From contig CM120643.1 in NCBI GenBank assembly GCA_051362555.1, forward strand, positions 17,550,848-17,614,847: a DNA stretch of 64,000 nucleotides. The letters run 5' to 3'. A program made the translations under genes and the position numbers. The notes under the pieces are model-generated. The model was not told the DNA's origin, ran no database searches, and saw nothing but the letters and a program-made list of their open reading frames with translations. Below are positions 12,536 through 26,108 of the stretch, piece by piece; the first letter of the stretch is position 1; every line of letters starts with the position of its first letter. The DNA is from Lingula anatina. Lineage: Eukaryota; Animalia; Brachiopoda.

Positions 12536-15500
12536 CACGCACGCACGCTCGTTTCCGAGTGTGTTTCGAAACTGTCCATGCAGGAAAAAGCCATAGACCA
12601 ACTACAGACGCCATCATTTCACTAAGATTACAAAATAAACAACGGACGTAACCTTAGAACCATCTAATAGCTGACTGATGTACTAACCCCCATATATTGT
12701 TGTCTTAATAGGGTCTCAAATATCACTTTACCATGCTTGGTCCAATAAAGCACGTCAATCTTACTTTCATTCTTTTGCCCTTTACTGAAGAAAAGATACA
12801 CAGTTAAGCGTGAATATATTCCATACGGGCTTAAATGACAACAATACTGCACTGGCTGATGCTATTGACTTGCTTCCTAACATAATACACTCACCCTGTG
12901 AGTCGGAGGGATAACGGGTACTCGCCGCCCCTCTCCATTATCAAGTACAAGAAAATATTCAGTGATGTATTTTCATTATTATACTATATCACCCCAGTGG
13001 GACTCAACACCCTGAGGATTTTTCCTCTTCTGACCCCTATAGGCATAAGCTTGCCCCCACCCTGGGGATGAGGGTACTGTCCACGGCCTTTGTTTTGCCG
13101 TGCAAGTCTTCTGCCGGACCTCTGACACGCAGGGTGACTTAAAGTGCATGTCAGTAAACAGAATTTGATATAGAAAAATATCACCGTTATCTCTATGACA
13201 TTCAGGGTGCTTGGAAATCTTGCGATGTTCGCTCCGGTGGTTTGAATGCATGGGGGTCTGCTTTAATTATGATAATAAAACGAAAGTACTGCAATCACAC
13301 AGTACAACTATGTACTTTAATTCAGATGTATGAACTTTTCCTTAAAACGACAGATAACTGTGTTTAGCGCAGTGACTGTGAAACGTTTAGTCCTATTTGC
13401 ATTGAATCTGATATAATTGCGCGTACGACAGACAGAGGATGTAATACTTGAAAAATTCCCTGAATCTACCAGGATTCATTGCTGTGGCTTCGAAAGTGGA
13501 TGCTATGTACATTACAGTATACCGGTACTTCTTGCACAGAGTAAAGAGTAAAGACTAATTTTTCACAAGACAAACATCGGGTGAGAGTCAGCAGCAAGAA
13601 GAATCGATTGATAATACAGCACACGGATTGATTATAACATATTGACCGACACTGTGAAACTTAATCCATGGCAGTATAAACTGGGGTTGTGAGGTACTTG
13701 GATTTACATTATTTCCAGCAAACGAAAGAATTAAATTAATATGAACAATAATACTTCACCTCCAAAATCCAGACATTTTGACGGGCTGACAAACTGCAGC
13801 ATGGCCCTGGCTGTACAGTCACTGTCCTTTCGTTCCACTGGCTTCTCTTTGCGGGCCGCGAGGGATTTTTCTTTCTTAGCTCCCCCTCCTCCTTCTCCCT
13901 TCCCGCCAGAGTCCGTCATCTCAGACTGGTCACTCTCAGTAATGTTAAGGTCAACCTCCTCTTCGCCGTCCACCAGACCGTCGGTCAGTTCAATGCTCCC
14001 GTTTGGTACGTCCTTAGTTACTGTTGCTACGTCTGTTGCCATGACGATGGTTACTACGGCAAGCAGAAATGTCCTGGTAGTATTATATTCTCTGTCTTAC
14101 TCCGCAAGTCGCACCTGGCCACTGCCTGGCTGTGTCTGAGTTGTCAGAGCCGTTAACTGTTCGTAGTACTAAATCACAGGTATTAAAACCTTGCCGCAGA
14201 CAACAACAAAGCCTGCACGCGAACCCGTTAGATTGAGTCCCAGCTCTAACACGCAGTACGCCGGTAAACGTTATAATATAATGTTATTAAAGCGCCTTCT
14301 AGCCCTCACGAAACAGGTTGCGGGTGTCATATGAAAATGATATCAAATTGATATTAATTTCCATCCATGAATCCGTTCCTGATTATGTAGGGTAATTAAA
14401 AACGCTGGCCTAAGTCAGCCCTGAGATTAATTCCCTACGTGTATTCCCCGGACAAACTCGGCAGAAGTATCGACGTCCGATTTGGCCGATCTTCAATAAC
14501 AATTCTCAATCCCATAAGATAGTGCCTTTGAAAAAAAGGGCAATCCAATTTACAAGAGTCGAAATAGCTAAATATTAGTTAAACCGCGCAGGCTGTCTCT
14601 GTCTCTCCCACAGCACATTGCAATATTTGGTAAGAATAGGTTGATGGTTTTTATCCTAATCGCTTTAACTTTGACTCAATATTCTCATTTATAAAATCTA
14701 CCCTACCCTGTAGCCAGCTTGTTGATTGTCTCGCGGAGACTACTAGCAGAGAACGTTATATTGGACACAGACTGCACAACGTTAAAGAGGAGCGATGTTA
14801 ACAACTGTGTTAGATTGTGGTTATTCTTCATGTCCTGTTTTGTGACTCACTACACCCCAAACCGATCTTTATAAGCCACAGTCAACATAGTCAATATGAT
14901 TATTTTTTCGATCTGAAATAGATCCTCTAAATTCAATATTTAAAGCTGAAGTACCTTGTGTCTTTGACTAAAACCAGTGCCTATCTCAACACAGTATTCC
15001 CATTATGCAGAAAATAGCTATGATCTATAAGACAGTCTATAGTCTATAGTCATACAGTATACAGAATATTCAAAGACAAAGCTCAGTAACATTTGCCTGT
15101 TTTACTCAATATACCTAATATAGTCAAACACGTGTATCGCAATATACTTTGCTATATTTGAAGACACAACTCAATAACATTGTTGAAGGACTTTCTCTTT
15201 TTAGCATACCCCAATATAAGCAAACGGGTATATTGCATCCTGCTTTGATTTCAGTGTCTTTTGCTGGAATTCTGTGTCCAGACCCACATACCACAGACAG
15301 CATGCTTTTTAAACCACTGAACTATGACACTATACATTCAATGTTAGATGGTACTAGGTTTTTCAATCGATTCATATTAACCCAGCAGTGACTTTTGTCT
15401 GTATTTCGAACCTGTGGTCTCTAATATTGAAAACCGTGTCTTTTATTTTGACTGAATAAATCCCTAATTTGCAATTTTTCTAAATTTCGAATTTTGAAAT

Positions 15501-15772
15501 TCAGAGCAGTTAACTAGAAGTAAAAAAATAAGTTTCTATGCCTTTTTTTTATTTGACCCTATTTCAAACTACACCTGGTACCTTCACATAAAGGTTTTGT
15601 TTGAGGTGTTTTTTTCACTCGCTCTATATTCCACATACATAGTTGTCATTTTTTCGCGTTGAATGACTGGATAGCTGTCGTTGTCAGTCCTTTGAAAGCT
15701 AAGAGCCCAGGTATTTTGTGTTTTGTGCATTTTCCCTTTTTGTCTCCTTGTACTCGTTGCAATAAGCATCAG

Positions 15773-15813
<41 letters not shown>

Positions 15814-17666
15814 AGAACTAGTAGTAGTAGTAGTAGTAGTAGTAGTAATGGTAGTAGTAGTAGTAGTAGTAGAAACGGCAGTATTTTTTAAATTTTTATT
15901 TGTATTATTTGAGTACTTCATAACTAGTTCATTTCATGCATCCTGAATTTCAGAGATTACCAGAAACTACCCTTTCATACATAGCCAATGTTGCTTCATG
16001 CCCGCACTGCAACCAGTCAGGTTAGTTTTTTAAAACCTCAATTAATGTTCATCATGATACAATATTGGTTTCAGCCACTGATACGGCGATAGCATCATAT
16101 GATCGTTTTGTTTGGTTTAAAATCCATTCCTCAGATATGGTAGAAAATATATCCCGGTATAAATATGCCCTGAAATTAGCCGTGACAGAGGCCGACTGCA
16201 TTATAATTAAAAGTGCATTGAAAGTTGATAGACTATGATGTGGAGATGTTAACAGATTTACCTAATCATTGCTACGGTGATGTATTTGTATAGAAATTCT
16301 ACTTTCTTTTTAGTAATCCCACTCACAACAATAAAAACACTACCATCTAGACCTCCGCGGTAACGTATATGAAGTAAAATGGCACGTTTATTCGGTTTGA
16401 AGTACAAAATAATTCTGTCTGAATACAGCTGGGATGAAAAAAGTGAAGATTGCGTTAGGAGAGCGTACCCAGCAGTAATGATCCTCTCTAACACAATCAC
16501 ACAATTATTTACCTGTTAATGACTCCAATTTGTGCACCGCATGATATAAGATGAGCTTAACAGAATATTCATATAGAAATCATCTGTTGTCAACCAAAAG
16601 AAGTGCTACTTCATAAGTATGGACTCAAAACTCAAAGAGTTTTGTTTAAATTTTCCTTGCTAGAGACTTCGAAAAAAATCAAATCAAACATTTCATTCTC
16701 TCTCTTAAGAAATTCGTTCTGTGCCCATGCACGCGACAGATGCAGAATATTCATGGTTACAGAAATTAGTGCAGTTTAACATCTGATCCATGAACTCCAT
16801 TGGCATATTTTCTCTTTTATTTCTTCTCCTTTTTTGTCGAGGTCATTCGCCTGAGCGGCATTGCCAAAGGTCCCCAGGGGTAACGGAGAAGGGTAAAGAA
16901 GTGGACCCCAAGGACAACTGCCACACATAGCTTTCTTCAACAATCTTGCAATATTAGTGTAACGCAGACACGCTAAATTGAGTTAGATAATTTTTCTCCC
17001 TGTCTTCACATGCTCTTTTGCAAAACCCTACAACCACAGTTGAAAGAGGCTACACCGGTAAATAAAAAAGCTAAAGTGAAAGAGGCTCCAAAACCACTAC
17101 GAATGCCTTCATGAACTGTAGTATGGCAAGCCATGATGGAATGATGGTGAGACAGTTCAACTGATACGACTGTCACTGAAACTACATACCTCGACTTAGT
17201 TTGATATAATCTCTGACTTTTTGCCACAGAGATAGCGAGGTTTGCATGATAAGTAGGGGCGAAGACGCTACTAAGGAGAACTAATGAGGGGCATCTGTGA
17301 AATCTGTGGTATAATTTATGCGTAAACCTACCTGCCCTTGTGAGAATGTCAATTTGTAGCACCTGAGCACAACATTAAGTGTACCTCTTAAAAAGCAAAA
17401 CCGTCCCATCTTGAATCGTAATTTTAACACGTTTGTGTTCATAGCGTGTTAATGACACGAGGCCCAAAGCAAAGTCCGACACCTTCACTACGTACAATTT
17501 CCGCTTTATTAGAAAAAAGGCACGCACACTGGACAGATTGGGTGGAATAAAGTGTTGGATATTTTTGCTCTGAACCCGAATCACGTCTTTAAACGGATGG
17601 ATGTAAGTTGTTATACTACATGTACAACACATATATGCCGAGGGCATACACAGATTGTCACCGTTT

Positions 17667-17701
<35 letters not shown>

Positions 17702-20195
17702 CTATTTGGTTATGGCCACCATGCAGAAAAAAACTGCTCATGTCACAAGGAAATTTCGTCAACTGTGCATTTCTTTCGCTCCAAAATCCCGTATACTGTC
17801 CCTTTAAACCGATCTCTGCGCCTGCACACAATCACTTCATTTTCTTATTCATAGTCAACCTTAAAGACCCCTTTTTCACTACACTGTTGTCTTTGTAACC
17901 TAGCCGTGTTTTTCTAACAAATATTTCAATGAGAAGAAGGTGGGTAAGCAGCTAATGGGCAGGACTCTACTTATCGTTGCAGCATTTTATACTATGGTGA
18001 CGGTACATGTAACACCCTGAGTGTAAACGATTACTGAAAGATCAGCTCTATGACATGTCAGCTTCCGTTCCCTCTGAAACTCAGGGTGATAATACTGCTC
18101 TTGTTTCCATATACATTCCCGCCTATGTATTCAATATAAAAATAATATGCTGAAGTGAAGCCATTAGAATATATGTCAAAAATAAGCGAATTGTAAAATA
18201 AACGGCAAGATGTCAAGAAGATGCATGAGTGCACCATAATATTCAGTAACATACATGTACGTTGTTGTGTTCCTATAGGATGGATAGCACAGCCTCAAAG
18301 CGAATTTATGTAGCCGGAGGGGGGGGGGGGTTCGAGAGAACTCCCCCCACCCCCTTTTGGCCGGGAAAAGGTCCCCTCTTAGTAAAATTTTATCTAGGTA
18401 TATGAAGGTTTCATGGTAAAAAGTCCACTTTTCAGAAAAAGAACCTCCTTTTTGAAATTGCTGGCTACGGGCCTGAGAAGTCTCATATTCTGACATCTGA
18501 TGAATAAGTTAAGCATTGAAACAATAGGTGGAATAATTAGTAAGACCCCCTTAGCACGTGATAAAGTTATTTTATATACGACACACCACCAAGGTTAAAA
18601 CAAGACGGGAAATCACGTATGAAACAAAGTATGAAACTATTCTAAGCATTCCTTTAAAATGAAGGTGACATACATGATCTGGCAACGATATATCAATATC
18701 AACAAAACGTTTATAATAACGCTTCAGTCTAACATTTATCATTCTCGAGAACGCACATGATGATTCAGTCACTTTTAAAAGGGAGTTTTGCTGCACGTGA
18801 TTGTTTGTAATAAGTAGTTTCAATTATATAGAGGATCTCATGACAATTGCCATTAATGACATTATCATAGACAACTACATGAATGTGCTTAACCGCATTC
18901 AGACTATGTTCTTATCTTCTTTTATTGGTTGTTACTGTATTTGCGTTTTGGTCACCTAAAATGTCGCTTTTTACGCGACTATTGCAACCAACCGGATTGC
19001 CGGTTTCTTTAATATTTAAAGTGTTTATCCTTTATTCAGTCCTTTCCATTCTTTTTCATTTGAGACAATAACTTGTATAGAGACATTATCAGACAAGGTT
19101 GTGGACTGCCACTAGTTGAATGAAATTGTACGTGCTAGTCAGGCTAGCATATACGACATACTGGTTGACAAATGTATGTGATTTATACTGGCATATTTCA
19201 GATAAATAACTAGATAGTGCAAGTGTTCAAATAAATGAACTCTCACCTAGTTTATAAGATAACTATATTGATGCCGATGCCTTCCATATCCCTATGAGTG
19301 GCGGGGCCCAGCTTGTCTCGAAATCTCAAGGTAAACATATTTCATGTTGACCAATATTGTTGTCCTTACCGCTGTTTATATATCTTACTTCAATAATACC
19401 CCCTTATCTAGGTACATGTATCGCCGATAATAGGAGGGGGGAGCATACATCATGTATGGTAGAACTTCTTTAATGCGTCACCATGTTGTTTTTGCTATCA
19501 AGTAAGCCTATATAAAAACTAAATACTGATAACACAGTGTTTGCTGTCTAATAGGTAACGCTTTTCCCCAAAAAGAAGCACCATATTGACAGCGTCTGGT
19601 TCTCGTTTTAGGGTAGCTATAAAATATTATTAATGTTTCACGTTTTCTTGTGAAGAGCTGCACACTATTAGGCTCTGCCATCCGGGCACTTCAAACTAAA
19701 CAATAACAAACGCATTAGCTGTAGTAAGGACTTAGTCGTGAGCCTCAGGGTGTAAACCTTGTCCACTCAGTGCCAAATTTGAATAGTCTGTGAGTATATT
19801 ATATCGGCAGACTTACCTTCTTGTTTTTCCGTGACGGACCCAACCCTGTCTTTTCGCGGGACGGGCTTGGGTGGCTCCACTGACGAAGACTGGTTTCTGG
19901 CCCCGGGCACTGGGGGTGCTCCTCTCTGATAATCCAGCCTGCTTGGTAGATCGGGCCTCACAGACAGAGGCGGCTTTGTTCCTACGGGCGGGCGCCTCAC
20001 TTCAGGCCTGCTGCCCCCGTCTACGGAAGACGGTCTGCCCCCAGGAACGGAGTTAGCGTTGGAGGCGGCATCCCCATGGTGGTCAGAACCGACTGCAGAG
20101 GACCTAGACCCGGGAAGAGAGAGTTTCATCTCCGCTCTGCTCTTAATGACTTCGTTGCCAGCGTCCTTCGACAGGTGGTTTCTCTTTTCCGACAT
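9721..20195 (-). CDS. Uncharacterised ~409 aa protein: Pro-rich/acidic disordered N-half plus unrecognised ~200 aa C-terminal globular domain
   Basis: Exons 20195-19817, 14053-13760, 13530-13470, 12829-12732, 11377-11166, 10271-10134, 9768-9721 (TAG). All introns are GT-AG, phases are 1,1,2,1,0,0, and the total is 1230 nt = 410 codons with no internal stop. The frame of exon 3 has an alternative solution, and further upstream exons are possible (acceptor at 20219 is in frame). Confidence 0.65.
12495..12548. repeat. (GT)n / (GC)n / (ACGC)n compound microsatellite
   Basis: Seen directly in the sequence. Confidence 0.95.
12892..13136. mobile_element. MITE with CACCCTG...CAGGGTG termini
   Basis: Imperfect ~18 bp TIRs (CACCCTGTGAGTCGGAGG / CCTCTGACACGCAGGGTG) flanked by a 3-bp direct repeat ACT. 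Confidence 0.7.
15774..15872. repeat. (ATT)n plus (AGT)n compound microsatellite
   Basis: Seen directly in the sequence. Confidence 0.95.
17669..17699. repeat. (AG)n microsatellite
   Basis: Seen directly in the sequence. Confidence 0.95.
18013..18088. mobile_element. 76-bp mini-MITE of the CACCCTG family
   Basis: Termini CACCCTGAGT ... ACTCAGGGTG. Confidence 0.6.
18311..18474. mobile_element. Short G-tract MITE of the GTAGCC...CTGGCTACGGGCCTG type (left end eroded)
   Basis: GTAGCCGG plus poly-G on the left and CTGGCTACGGGCCTG on the right. A related end TTGGCTACGGGCC occurs at ~23222. Confidence 0.55.
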
Positions 20196-20869
20196 ATTAA
20201 CCGTACTAGAGAAGTATACCTGTTAAATTAAAAGACTGCAAAGTAGCTAGACACAGGACAAGCCAACTTTCATCCAGAAGTTAACAGAAAGAACTCTTAC
20301 ACCAGTGTATGTTTTACACAACACCACCGTAGAAATGTCTCCGGTGTTGTTGTATGCAGTTTTAACCTTTTGATATCCACCTCCGATGATCGTCGCGCAG
20401 TTTCTCTATTTTACTAGCAATCTCGTAAGGCACTGTCGTACATGTAGAAGAACTATCCCACACCTTGATAAATCTGACAGCCGCCGACCTCAAAGTAGGC
20501 CTTTAACTGAGTCCGGTCTCAATGGTAGGCCATCTAACGCACATACCATTCAGCGTAGAGGGTACAGCAAGTCCCCTCGTGTCTCTGTTGTTTTTAAAAT
20601 CTTCTAGCACAGGAGATGTTTACCTGGAGAAATCGGACAGCGAGCGCCTCTCTTACTATCCCAACTATCTATCAAACGTATAACTCCTTCTAGAACGCGT
20701 GTAACACCGTGCAGCCTGTGAGGCGCAATTGTTATAAGAAATATTCAGTGACGTTTTGTTTCCGTGACGGCCTAATTTTCTTCACACACAGGCAATGATA
20801 TAAGGGGAGATATGCACGCTTTCAGTCACCTTGGTCTATCTCCAACTCCCGGGTTTCAGGCAAGACTGA

Positions 20870-21011
20870 CACCCTGAGTTACAAGTGAAATTTGCTGGAG
20901 TATGACCGGCCTACTGCTGGGTATATATATATCGGACTCCAGAGCACACCTTGAAGAGAGAGAGAGAGAGAGAGTGATAGTAGCAAGTTTCTCAATTGGA
21001 GTTTCAGGGTG
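20870..21011. mobile_element. CACCCTG-family MITE with internal (AG)n
   Basis: Termini CACCCTGA ... TCAGGGTG. Confidence 0.5.
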
Positions 21012-24000
21012 CAACCTGGTCGACGTATTCGTAGATGAGGAGGATGGTACACGTTTTCCTGGATAACGTCCTGGAGAAAAGAATACACTGGACGTCTGTA
21101 AAACAAGGAAAAACCCGGTTAATTTACAGTTCATTTAAATATACATGTATTTTTAAATCAGTACCTGTGTTAACTAACTACAGTCAAAATAGGTTTAAAA
21201 TACACTTAATACACACTGAATGAAATATTTAGCATAATCAGATAAGTAATATGTTAATTCGCATTACTTTCAAACCGACCGTTCGCAGTAATCACAGTAT
21301 TCTATTCTTTTTTTACATACCCAGTGACAACGTTGATAAACAATCAACGGCACATGTAATTGCTCCTAATACGGAGCGTACAGTCGGGTGCTGCAGCCAT
21401 AATAAAAGCTCTTCTGTTCGCTCTTGAGTCTGAGTCACTCCGATGCACAGTTTTGCTATACAGTTCCGTTTTCTCCTTCGATTTTAATGTTCACGTGCAC
21501 CTAATCAAACAGGTGAGAGGTCTGGAGGTATTTGGCCCCTTAGTTTGTACAATCCCCTTTGCTATTTGACTTATTGAGTAACCGAATGTGTGTCTTTGTT
21601 GAGATATGTGTTCTTTGCTTCGAGCTGAGTCGGCTTAAGAAACTGCCAATACTTGATTACCACTGGCCTACACCGACAGATTTCTCCAGCGCTTTATATA
21701 ATTAGTTCCGATTCAGAAGTATATGACGTAATCAACTTTTTCTAATCGTTGTGACAGTTCAGTCCTGTGATGGCCGCTCAAGCATCATTTCTCTCTGCCC
21801 GGAAAACGGACCCAGACCAAAACTGATCCAAATTCATAAGTGTGTAAACTGTACTAAGCCGCAGTCAAGTTCTTTTCAGATGTTTCCTTCAAGTTGTAAA
21901 CGTTTTTATATTTATGTGATGGAGGGAGGTGAACCCGTTGAGAACGCGGCTGGAATGCTTAATGGGATCAGGGGCGTAGAAAACAGCAAAGGACATGTAC
22001 GAGCCGGCAGAATTAGCCTTAGATCATTGCTGCTTCTGTAATGTTTGTTTTCGCTCTCACTCCTGACATCAATACATTTATTTGTCTATTTTTAACGTTT
22101 CGGTTGTCATTTTGTAATCAATCATTCATCATTGTGCTATATCTTTATTGTAATATAGTTTATATACAAACGAAATTTACGTGCTAATTCACTTGAATTC
22201 TTTACAATTATTAATTGATTATTCCACAGTGACATTTGAAACACTTTTCTGCAAAAAAAAAAAAGAAAAGAATTTACTCATTTTTTAAAATTATCAATTT
22301 ATAACTGTTTGAATTGATCGCAGTGAATTGTTTGCCATAACTTACCGAGGTGAATGTCTTCTACATGTATTATTGTCTTACACAGGAGATAGATTTTTTA
22401 CGAATGCTGAAATTATGTTTTATATGGAGTGTCAGCTGGACCGATGTGTGTTTTTTAACAATGTCAGAATGGACAAAACAACACGCAGTCCATAGAAAGC
22501 GAATGAACAGATTTCTAATTCCTCACTGACTGAGCACAAAACGAACCTGGGATATAAAAAAGGAGGGGGGGGGGGTTCCAAACGCCTCTTACCCTCCTTA
22601 TGACAGCATTTATTACCTATATACTCACTTTGGTAGCACGAAAGTAAAGTACAGATGAATTTTTTTAATAAGACGATGATTATTTAGGAAATCTTCCTTT
22701 TGTATGGATTCTTTCCAAAAATGTGCATAAAGCTGGCGTAAAACCTGATCTTATACAAATGAAATTACCTAAAAGTATGATTATTTTTTTGCCTCGAGCT
22801 GAAGAAACTGGATTTGAAAAAGGAAGGAAGTAAAGTGATATGATGATGTCAAAAAAGAGAAAACATTTGTGAAGCCCTCCAAGTTGATTCACAACGCCCA
22901 GAGGAAATTTGAAAAAGAAAATCCTTACTGAGTCGCTAATATGAAATCATGATCATGGTTAAGCTAAAACAGACGATACACATACCTCAATTTTCAAAGA
23001 TGTACTTTATTGATATTGGTGATGCAAGCGGATTGACCCAATCCGCCGCAGTGAGGACCGAAAAATTCTTGTATCCTTGAAACAATAAAATTCATGAGCT
23101 TTAAGTAAAATACTGTATGTTTGTGAAGTATTTTTAATCATATTAATCATAATCATATTATTTGTCTCTATGAACAATAGTTTAAGAATAAAAATATTTG
23201 TGTAGGCATTCCCCAAAAATTTTGGCTACGGGCCAGATGATTTATTTCTATTGGTTGACATTATGCGTCATAATTCGTTGAAAATTATCTTTTCATTCAC
23301 TTCTGGCGACGTTGACAAAATGTGAAGTGGTTTACGCTGATGTCACTCGTTCGCAGCCTTCATATTTATAATCAAATGAAAATTAAACTATATTATTTGA
23401 TAATATTGACGAGACGGTGGTGGTATGTTGTCAGCCAATCCTTAGTAATGTCTGAAAGTGCGTTTTTGAGTAGCTTTGCCTGGTAAAAAAACTTACATTT
23501 TACATCCAGTGCCTATAAAGATACAGGTAGAGTAAATGTGGATTAATGGCATTGAAAAATGATTATCAGAGGTGGAGAAGTTAAACCACTACAGAACTGC
23601 TCTTGTTCCTCCAGTGATGTCCAACGTCCTTCACACTAGTACTTCCATGAATCATCGTGCAGAAAAATTTTGGGGTAACTGAAGAGTTACGATGAATCAT
23701 TATTTAGTACGTATGGCCAAAGATAACACTATGACATACTTGCATCGTGATTTTTAAAACTTATCTAAAAAAACTCACCTGAAAACTTTCCCTAATCTTC
23801 CGCATTTCTGAAACGTTTGTGCAAGGTTTTTTATATGACAAAAACATTGAAACGTTACCTCCAAATGTGCATTAATCTACTTTGTTATTAATTTCTTGAA
23901 TCCCTTTTTTTCTCTTTGACAATTTTGAATGAAGAAAATGCGGAAGCTAGATATACGATGTCAGTGATAGCGTCAGTTTGAAGTATTTAATGGAGAAAAA

Positions 24001-24271
24001 AACACGGCCTTTGGTACTCCTTCGCATGGGGAATCCCCATGTCGGTATTCCCCATCTAAAAATAGCGGAAGCGATTTAAAACCCGGTTCTTACATCTCGC
24101 TTACTTAGTTTGATTATTGCAACAGCTATTGCAAGTTGAATCGGAATGACACTCTTCGCCGACTCTTGAATAATATATTCGATTAATGTACTTTTGGACA
24201 ACTATGGCACAAAAGAAAACTTATTTTGGTGAGTACCTTGATTTTTGCATATTATGAAGATTGGGACTTGG

Positions 24272-24273
<2 letters not shown>

Positions 24274-24309
<36 letters not shown>

Positions 24310-24350
24310 TCTCTCTCACTTTGTGCGTGTGCGTGTGCGTGTGCGTGTGC
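24274..24350. repeat. (CT)n and (GTGTGC)n microsatellites
   Basis: Seen directly in the sequence. Confidence 0.95.
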
Positions 24351-24647
24351 GGGTTTTGATCTCGTTTTCGATGCATTTCACTTACGCCAAAAGTTTTTAA
24401 TTTGAGTTTGAATGAAATTCACTGTCTCGTCATATAGGCCATTTATATACACATGTATATGGCCCATATAAGTAATGTGTTTCTATTAAGATAATTAAGT
24501 TTCTTTTGACAATACATCAAAAATTACTGGTTGACGCCTTACAGACAAGGATGCCTTGGAATCTATGTGGCTCTTTATACAGAATACATAAAGACTTTCC
24601 ATTTTTCTCTCCCAGTCTTACTTGATATTATGCCGGGATATAGGGAC

Positions 24648-24905
24648 CATTCCCAGACCCTGTCGTACCAACTTTGGATCGATCTATCTCATATGGGATT
24701 CTCGCTAAATTGCAATCAACTTAAGCGGTTTAGATGCCTGTCACACCAATTGAAGCTGATAGGGGGTAATTAATTATCGTTTAACAGCTTTAGTCGGCGT
24801 GCCAGACATCTATGCCGCTTAAGCTGAAAGCAATTGAGCGAGAATCCCCTTGCAGATGGACCGATCCTGTTAGATCGATCTAGGTTTGGAGTGATCCTTC
24901 TGGGA
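24648..24905. mobile_element. Fold-back MITE related to the GATCGATC Harbinger-like family
   Basis: Nested inverted arms TCCCAGA/TCTGGGA, GATCGATCTA/TAGATCGATC, GGGATTCTCGCT/AGCGAGAATCCC and CTTAAGCGG/CCGCTTAAG around a central TAATTAATTA. Motifs are shared with 56496-56884 and 59538-59763. Confidence 0.7.
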
Positions 24906-24986
24906 GTGAGATGATGTAACACCTCTGCAAAGAAAACTAGCAATCAGGCCTTGTATGGAAACTAGGATGGATAAATGGAAGGATGA

Positions 24987-25022
<36 letters not shown>

Positions 25023-25024
25023 GT

Positions 25025-25280
25025 TAGGGGAGACCGGGGCTAGTTGGACCCCGGGGAGAAGTTGCCCCCCCCCCTCCCCCCATCAAGTCTCTTTAATAAA
25101 GTTACTCTAAGATGCTAAATTATTTCATTTGGACTGTTTCAGACCGACGGTTTCTTAGCACTATTGGATACGGTCACTTTACAAAATGACACAATCAATT
25201 CTTTTACCCCATAGTTACTTCGTCATAAATTGATAGGGAGTCAACTTACCCCGGGGTCCAACTAGCCCCGGTCCCCCCTA
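25025..25280. mobile_element. TA-flanked MITE (Tc1/mariner-pogo-like) inserted in an (ATT)n microsatellite
   Basis: ~30 bp TIRs GGGGAGACCGGGGCTAGTTGGACCCCGGGG / CCCCGGGGTCCAACTAGCCCCGGTCCCCCC, TA on both sides, and (ATT)n on both flanks. Confidence 0.85.
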
Positions 25281-26002
25281 TTATTATTATTATTATTTAC
25301 GTCACTGTGCAGCCGTCGGTAGTAGCATTCAAAACGCAGTCGACAAAAGAATACAACCTTGCACTATAAATAGTCATTCTCGGAAAGAAATGCCGTTGTA
25401 TTGATATACTGCTGAAATATTGAGTCACCAAATGCTGAAATATTAAAGCACACCTTCGTACCATATTATACCTGTCGACTTTTATTGATTTCAATGGAAT
25501 TTATGTTTAGAAGATATTTCGGGGTCATTGTTTTGCCTGTACGGAACAAATAGAGAAGGTAATAAAAACCGTGCTCTGGTGTGTTACTAAAAGGTAGATA
25601 AGATTTAAAGTAGACGGAAGATAGGATTAATTGTGTGCTCCTCCGCTTTATTTAAGGTTACATGAAGGTAAGGACTCTCTCTATATATATGTGTAATGTA
25701 GGATTATATTATGTGTCTCACTTGTTACACTCCTGACAGCGGTGGTAGGTGTGGGGGTTGAACAAAGCTCTTTTGATTGTTGTATTTAATGCGAGGCAGA
25801 TTATTTTATTAATGTAATAAACCTCTTATATAAGTTAAATTATATCTTTCATAGGGTGTTACACCCCTGGCATATTTTAAACCTCTGATTTGGTCAGTTT
25901 TGTTCAGTTGCGACAAGAAAAAGGTCATAAATGATAAAACTTTCTATACAGAATGAAAACTAATCAATGTTAGTTTACAACAAGAAAGACATATTGAACA
26001 AG

Positions 26003-26108
26003 TATTTTGGACGAGTTATAAATGCTATGACAAATAGACAAGAGACTTTTAACATTTTGAACGGTTTATAAATGATATGACATATAAATAAGAGATTTTT
26101 ATCATTTG
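26003..26108. repeat. ~51 bp degenerate tandem repeat, about 2 copies
   Basis: ATTTTG(G/A)ACG..TTATAAATG.TATGACA.ATA.A.AAGAGA.TTTTA is repeated. Confidence 0.7.

Noticed and set aside
13185-13260. Exon-like segment with NAGNAG acceptor inside the minus-strand gene
   Set aside because: No phase combination joins it to both neighbouring exons without a stop, so it was left out of the model.
13741-14139. 132-aa plus-strand Ser/Pro-rich ORF
   Set aside because: It is the antisense shadow of the minus-strand coding exon 14053-13760.
15380-15440. tRNA B-box-like motif (minus: AGGTTCGAAA)
   Set aside because: No cloverleaf or A-box; at most a decayed SINE head.
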